Positions 60,368-64,000 of a DNA stretch of 64,000 nucleotides are shown in pieces. Source of the DNA: an uncultured Gammaproteobacteria bacterium (GTDB taxonomy: Bacteria; Pseudomonadota; Gammaproteobacteria; CAWCPV01). The notes beneath the pieces are model-generated. The model saw only the letters and a program-made list of their open reading frames with translations, was not told the DNA's origin and made no database searches. How positions within the stretch are numbered: the first letter of the stretch is position 1; each line of letters starts with the position of its first letter. The stretch is from positions 416,001 to 480,000 of the forward strand of contig CAWCPV010000004.1 in the NCBI GenBank assembly GCA_963797555.1. The letters are read 5' to 3'. The position numbers were made by a program, and so were the translations under genes.

Positions 60368-61908
60368 GTGTCCAGACAAGCGTCAGCCAGGAAGAGCAGC
60401 TCGGGCGCCACAGCGGCGAATCTCGGCTTCGAAGCCAAGCTATGGGCCGCCGCCGATGCCCTGCGCGGCAGCATGGACGCCGCGGAATACAAGCATGTCA
60501 CGCTTGGACTTATCTCCCTCAAGTACATCTCCGACGCCTTCGAGGAGCAGCACGCGAAGCTCGAAGCCGAGAAGGCCCAAGGCGCCGACCCGGAGGACCC
60601 CGACGAATACCGAGCCCTCGGGATCTTCTGGGTGCCCAGGGAGGCCCGCTGGTGGCATCTCAAGAACAACGCCAAGCAGCCGACCATCGGAAGACTGGTG
60701 GACGACGCCATGGAGGCGGTCGAGCGCGACAACCGCTCGCTCAAGGGGGTGTTGCCCAAGGATTACGCCCGTCCCGCGCTCGACAAGCAACGCTTGGGAC
60801 AGCTCATCGACCTCGTCAGCAACATCCGGGTCGGCGACGAACACAGCCGCTCCAAGGACATCCTGGGGCGGGTCTACCGAATACTTCCTGTCCCAGTTCG
60901 CGAGCGCCGAGGGCAAGAAGGGCGGCGAGTTCTACACCCCGCGCTGCATCGTCCGGGTGCTGGTCGAGATGCTGGAGCCCTACAAGGGGCGCGTCTACGA
61001 CCCCTGCTGCGGCTCCTCGGGGATGTTCGTGCAGTCGGTGGAGTTCATCCGCGCGCACGCGACCGGAAACGGCAACGGCGGCAAGGCGCCCAAGCGAACG
61101 AAGCCCGCATCCCGACCTCAAGGCCGACTACATCCTTGCCAACCCGCCCTTCAACGTGAGCGACTGGCGCGGGGAGATGCTGCGCGACGACAAGCGCTGG
61201 AAGTACGGGGTGCCTCCGGTGGGCAACGCCAACTTCGCCTGGGTGCAGCACATGATCCACCACCTGGCGCCCATGGGCCTCGCGGGCTTCGTGCTGGCTA
61301 ACGGCTCGATGTCTTCCAACCAGTCCGGCGAAGGCGAGATCCGCCGAAACATCATCGAAGCCGACCTCGTGGACTGCATGGTGGCGCTGCCGGGTCAGCT
61401 CTTCTACTCCACGCAGATTCCGGCCTGCCTGTGGTTCCTCGCCCGCAACCAATCGGGCGTAGGGGCGCGCGGCCGTGCGCCCCTACGCGACCGCCGCGGC
61501 GAGGTGCTCTTCCTCGACGCCCGCAAGCTCGGGGCGATGGCCGACCGCACCCACCGCGAGTTGACCGACGAGGACATCGCCCGCATCGCCGCCACCTACC
61601 ACGCCTGGCGCGGCGAATCAACGACACCTTCCCCCTTGCAGGGGGAAGGCGGGGATGGGGGTAGAACGCATGAATACCGCGACATCCCCGGCTTCTGCAA
61701 GAGCGCGATGCTGGAGGAGATCCGCAAGCACGGTCACGTGCTCACGCCCGGCCGCTACGTGGGCGCCGAAGCGCAGGAGGACGACGGCGAGCCCTTCGAG
61801 GCAAAGATGAAGCGGCTCACCGCAACGCTTGAGGAACAGTTTGTCGAGAGCGCGCGATTGGAGGGAGAGATTCGGGAGAATCTGCGAAGGTTGGGGTTTT
61901 GCCCGTGA
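60368..61908 (+). pseudogene. hsdM: type I restriction-modification methyltransferase subunit, frameshifted and internally deleted
   Basis: [48 protein letters not shown]. Frameshift near 60878; the usual 'IYGQE..T..LA.MNL..G..DT' segment is absent near 61105. Confidence 0.92.
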
Positions 61909-62265
61909 CACGGTTGCCTCACGCCGAGCGGGCCGTTCTAGAGGAGTCCAAGATAGTTGGCTACCTGCTGGCCACAGGCCATCCGATCGGGAGAGGCAAG
62001 GCCGCCTTTTTCCTTCGATTCGGCTTCCGGCCGGAAGCTTGGCAACATCTCCAGATCGCACTCATCGGCCGCGCGCGCGATAACCTGCGCTAACCCCATT
62101 GCCGAAACTGAGGAGACGGCCTTTGGCACAAAATATCTCATTGATGGTCCGCTCTTGGCGGCCGACGGACGCAGCCGGCTGGTCCGTGCTGTCTGGTTTG
62201 TCGAGGCGGGCGAAGAGCAGCCGCGGTTCGTCACCGCCTATCCCTTGAAAGGAGGGGCTCCATGA
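61905..62265 (+). CDS. DUF6883-like protein (frameshift near 62088)
   Basis: LP.AERA.....KI..YLL...HP.G.GKA.FF..FGF, then FGTKY..DG.L...DGR...VR.VW......PRFVTAYP; GTG overlaps the hsdM stop. Confidence 0.75.
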
Positions 62266-62486
62266 TCCAGGAATTGGACATTGTGGTATTGAGCAGGAAT
62301 CTGCCTGAACACGGGCTGGAGGCCGGGGACATTGGCACGGTCGTTCTTGTGCACCGTGAGGGCACCGGTTTCGAGGTGGAATTTGCGACCCTGACGGGTG
62401 AGACGGTCGCGGTGCTCACCGTGTCCGCCGATGCCATCCGACCTGTCGGCCAGCGCGAGATTGCCCGCGTGCGGGCAGTGGCGTAG
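62262..62486 (+). CDS. DUF4926-domain protein
   Basis: [23 protein letters not shown]....FEVEF....GETVAV.T. Confidence 0.85.
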   Translation: MIQELDIVVLSRNLPEHGLEAGDIGTVVLVHREGTGFEVEFATLTGETVAVLTVSADAIRPVGQREIARVRAVA

Positions 62487-62554
62487 GGGATCCGGGAAGC
62501 ACGAGCCCATTTTCTTGCGGCGAAGGCCCGGGTAACGAGGCAATCGAGGGGAGC

Positions 62555-62656
62555 ATGAGGCGTCTCAGCACGATGCTGCGCGAGCAGCAGGCGAAATCCG
62601 CGAAGCTCGACGCCGCGATCGCCCACAACCTGAAGGAGTTGGGGTATGGGGATTGA
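62555..62656 (+). pseudogene. second, isolated copy of an HsdM C-terminal tail
   Basis: [33 protein letters not shown], compared with the hsdM end [33 protein letters not shown]. Confidence 0.8.
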
Positions 62657-62936
62657 CGAGATGCTTCGAGCCAAGCGGAACGAGATCCTGCGCATTGCCG
62701 CCACTCACGGCGCGCACAACGTCCGGGTTTTCGGCTCCGTGGCGCGGGGCGAAGCGGACGAGCGAAGCGACATCGATTTTCTCGTGGATCTGGAGCGCGG
62801 ACGCAGCTTGTTCGACCTGGGCGGCTTGCAGGTTGACCTCGAGGCCATCCTGTCCCGGCCGGTGGATGTCGTCACCGAGCGTGGGCTGAAGGCGCGGATG
62901 CGTGCGCACGTGCTCGGCGAGGCGGTGCCGCTATGA
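62646..62936 (+). CDS. minimal nucleotidyltransferase (MNT) antitoxin
   Basis: [12 protein letters not shown]...SDIDFLV, LEAIL.RPVDVVT. Confidence 0.92.
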   Translation: MGIDEMLRAKRNEILRIAATHGAHNVRVFGSVARGEADERSDIDFLVDLERGRSLFDLGGLQVDLEAILSRPVDVVTERGLKARMRAHVLGEAVPL

Positions 62937-63172
62937 GAGATCCCACAGAACGCCTGCGGGACACCCTCGAAGCCATCGCCAATATCGAGGGCTACCTCCC
63001 TCGGGGACGGGAAGCCTTCGATCGCGACGAGCTTCTCCAGACATGGTTTCTTCGTCAATTGCAGATCATCGGAGAAGCCGCTCGCGGCGTGCCCGACGAC
63101 GTTCGCGTCCGTGCGCCTGACGTCCCTTGGTCGAACATCGTTGGCATGCGCAACATCCTGGTCCATGGGTAT
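62933..63172 (+). pseudogene. HEPN (DUF86/HepT-like) toxin, C-terminally truncated
   Basis: LQIIGEAA, PDVPW..IVGMRNILVHGY (RxxxxH motif), then an abrupt switch into an HsdS-like sequence. Confidence 0.85.
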
Positions 63173-63378
63173 CACCTCTCCGACGCGAAGCTAACAGTTC
63201 CGCCGACAACGCTGCTCTTGGCTATGGATGCTGTTCTACAGCCGATTGTCGAGAGTCTGTGGAGGCGTGATGTGCTGTCCCGCACGCTCGCCGCCCTGGC
63301 GATGCACTGCTGCCCAAGCTCATCTCGGGCGAGCTGCGGGTGAAGGAGGCGGAGAAGTTCGTGGGGGCGGTGGCATGA
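63173..63378 (+). pseudogene. hsdS: type I specificity subunit (HsdS) C-terminal fragment
   Basis: HLSDAKLTVPP...SRTLAAL / DALLPKLISGELRVKEAEKFVGAVA*, with one frameshift near 63298. Confidence 0.8.
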
Positions 63379-63626
63379 AAGCAGTCATTCATCCACATGC
63401 CGCTGCGAGAATAGCAGAGCGCGGCGCTACCGAAGAGGAAGTGCTCAAAACGATTGAGGGAGGCGAACAGTTCCCCGCCAAATTCGGGCGAACAGGTTTT
63501 CGCCGCAACTTCCCATTCACCGGTCTGTGGCGTGGAAACGCATACGCCACCAAGCAGATTGAAGCGTATGCCGTACAAGAGGACGCCGATTGGGCAGTCA
63601 TCACCGTTATCGTCAAATATTTCTAG
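63375..63626 (+). CDS. DUF4258-like (BrnT/RelE-like) toxin candidate
   Basis: IHPHAAAR..ERGATEEEV..TI..G...W.VITV; ATG overlaps the hsdS-tail stop. Confidence 0.75.
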   Translation: MKAVIHPHAAARIAERGATEEEVLKTIEGGEQFPAKFGRTGFRRNFPFTGLWRGNAYATKQIEAYAVQEDADWAVITVIVKYF

Positions 63627-63637
63627 GAGGACCGACC

Positions 63638-63887
63638 ATGCGTATTGAATACGACCAGAAATACAATGTCGCCTATATCCGCTTTCTCGGAGGGCCAGCA
63701 AAAGACTTGCAGACCTTGCATGTCAGCGAGGAGCTGAATATCGACATGACGCCCGATGGCCATATCTACGGAATTGAGCTCTCTGAACGCCAACGAGCAG
63801 CTTTTCCGGCAAGATGCGGGGAAGCTGGTTGTTGAAAACCGGCAGTCGGGCAGGTTGGAAACCGTCCGGCTGGTCGAAGAAGCGTGA
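63638..63887 (+). CDS. DUF2283-domain antitoxin candidate (frameshift near 63781)
   Basis: MRIEYD...NVAYIRF......LNID...DG.IYGIEL / LNA; GGAGG RBS. Confidence 0.8.
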
Positions 63888-63890
63888 AAG

Positions 63891-63990
63891 TCGCGCTTCA
63901 TTCCCCCGCGACACCCTGTTCCCAAAGCTCATCTCTGGCGAACTGCGGGCGAAGGACGCGGGGCGGTTTCTGAAGGAGCGCGGGCTGTGA
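63891..63990 (+). pseudogene. second HsdS C-terminal tail
   Basis: RDTLFPKLISGELRAKDAGRFLKERGL*. Confidence 0.8.
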
Positions 63991-64000
63991 ATTACGACCC

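Overview
GC-rich gammaproteobacterial chromosome (probably Chromatiales-like, inferred from gene order and the separate nuoC/nuoD). The sequence looks like an imperfectly polished long-read assembly, because essential genes carry indels, concentrated at 36.9-42.4 kb. Layout: (1) 1-8.9 kb is the right part of a P4/PICI-like integrated element, with IS66 and deleted ISL3 insertions, alpA, a Mu gp27/DUF3486-like gene, a TOPRIM primase, a DUF927 helicase, a GGGACA iteron cluster, a KfrA-N gene, a Ner-like remnant, cargo genes and a probable att end just upstream of nuoA. (2) 9-46.2 kb is core genome: nuoA-N, modABC, argFD, puuD, a NAGGN-type amidotransferase, grxD, rnt, pyrC, pgm, DUF302, 5-oxoprolinase, pyrG-kdsA-eno-ftsB-ispD-ispF. 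It also holds an unannotated 30-aa CxxC membrane peptide with its own promoter and palindrome, and a 3x75-bp hairpin repeat. (3) 46.3-64 kb is accessory: IS4 with an 11-bp TSD, a DUF4145 gene, a possible integron-type cassette, a ~0.9-kb tandem duplication whose first copy is bracketed by inverted repeats, SnoaL, DUF202, two USPs, a TolC-MFP-RND pump and a decayed type I R-M locus. Most notable: in that R-M locus, small toxin-antitoxin-like gene pairs alternate with repeated 3' tails of hsdM and hsdS, and each tail overlaps the start codon of the next module. This looks like a cassette array that uses hsd gene tails as recombination and translational-coupling adaptors. All family assignments come from motif recognition by eye; no database search was run.
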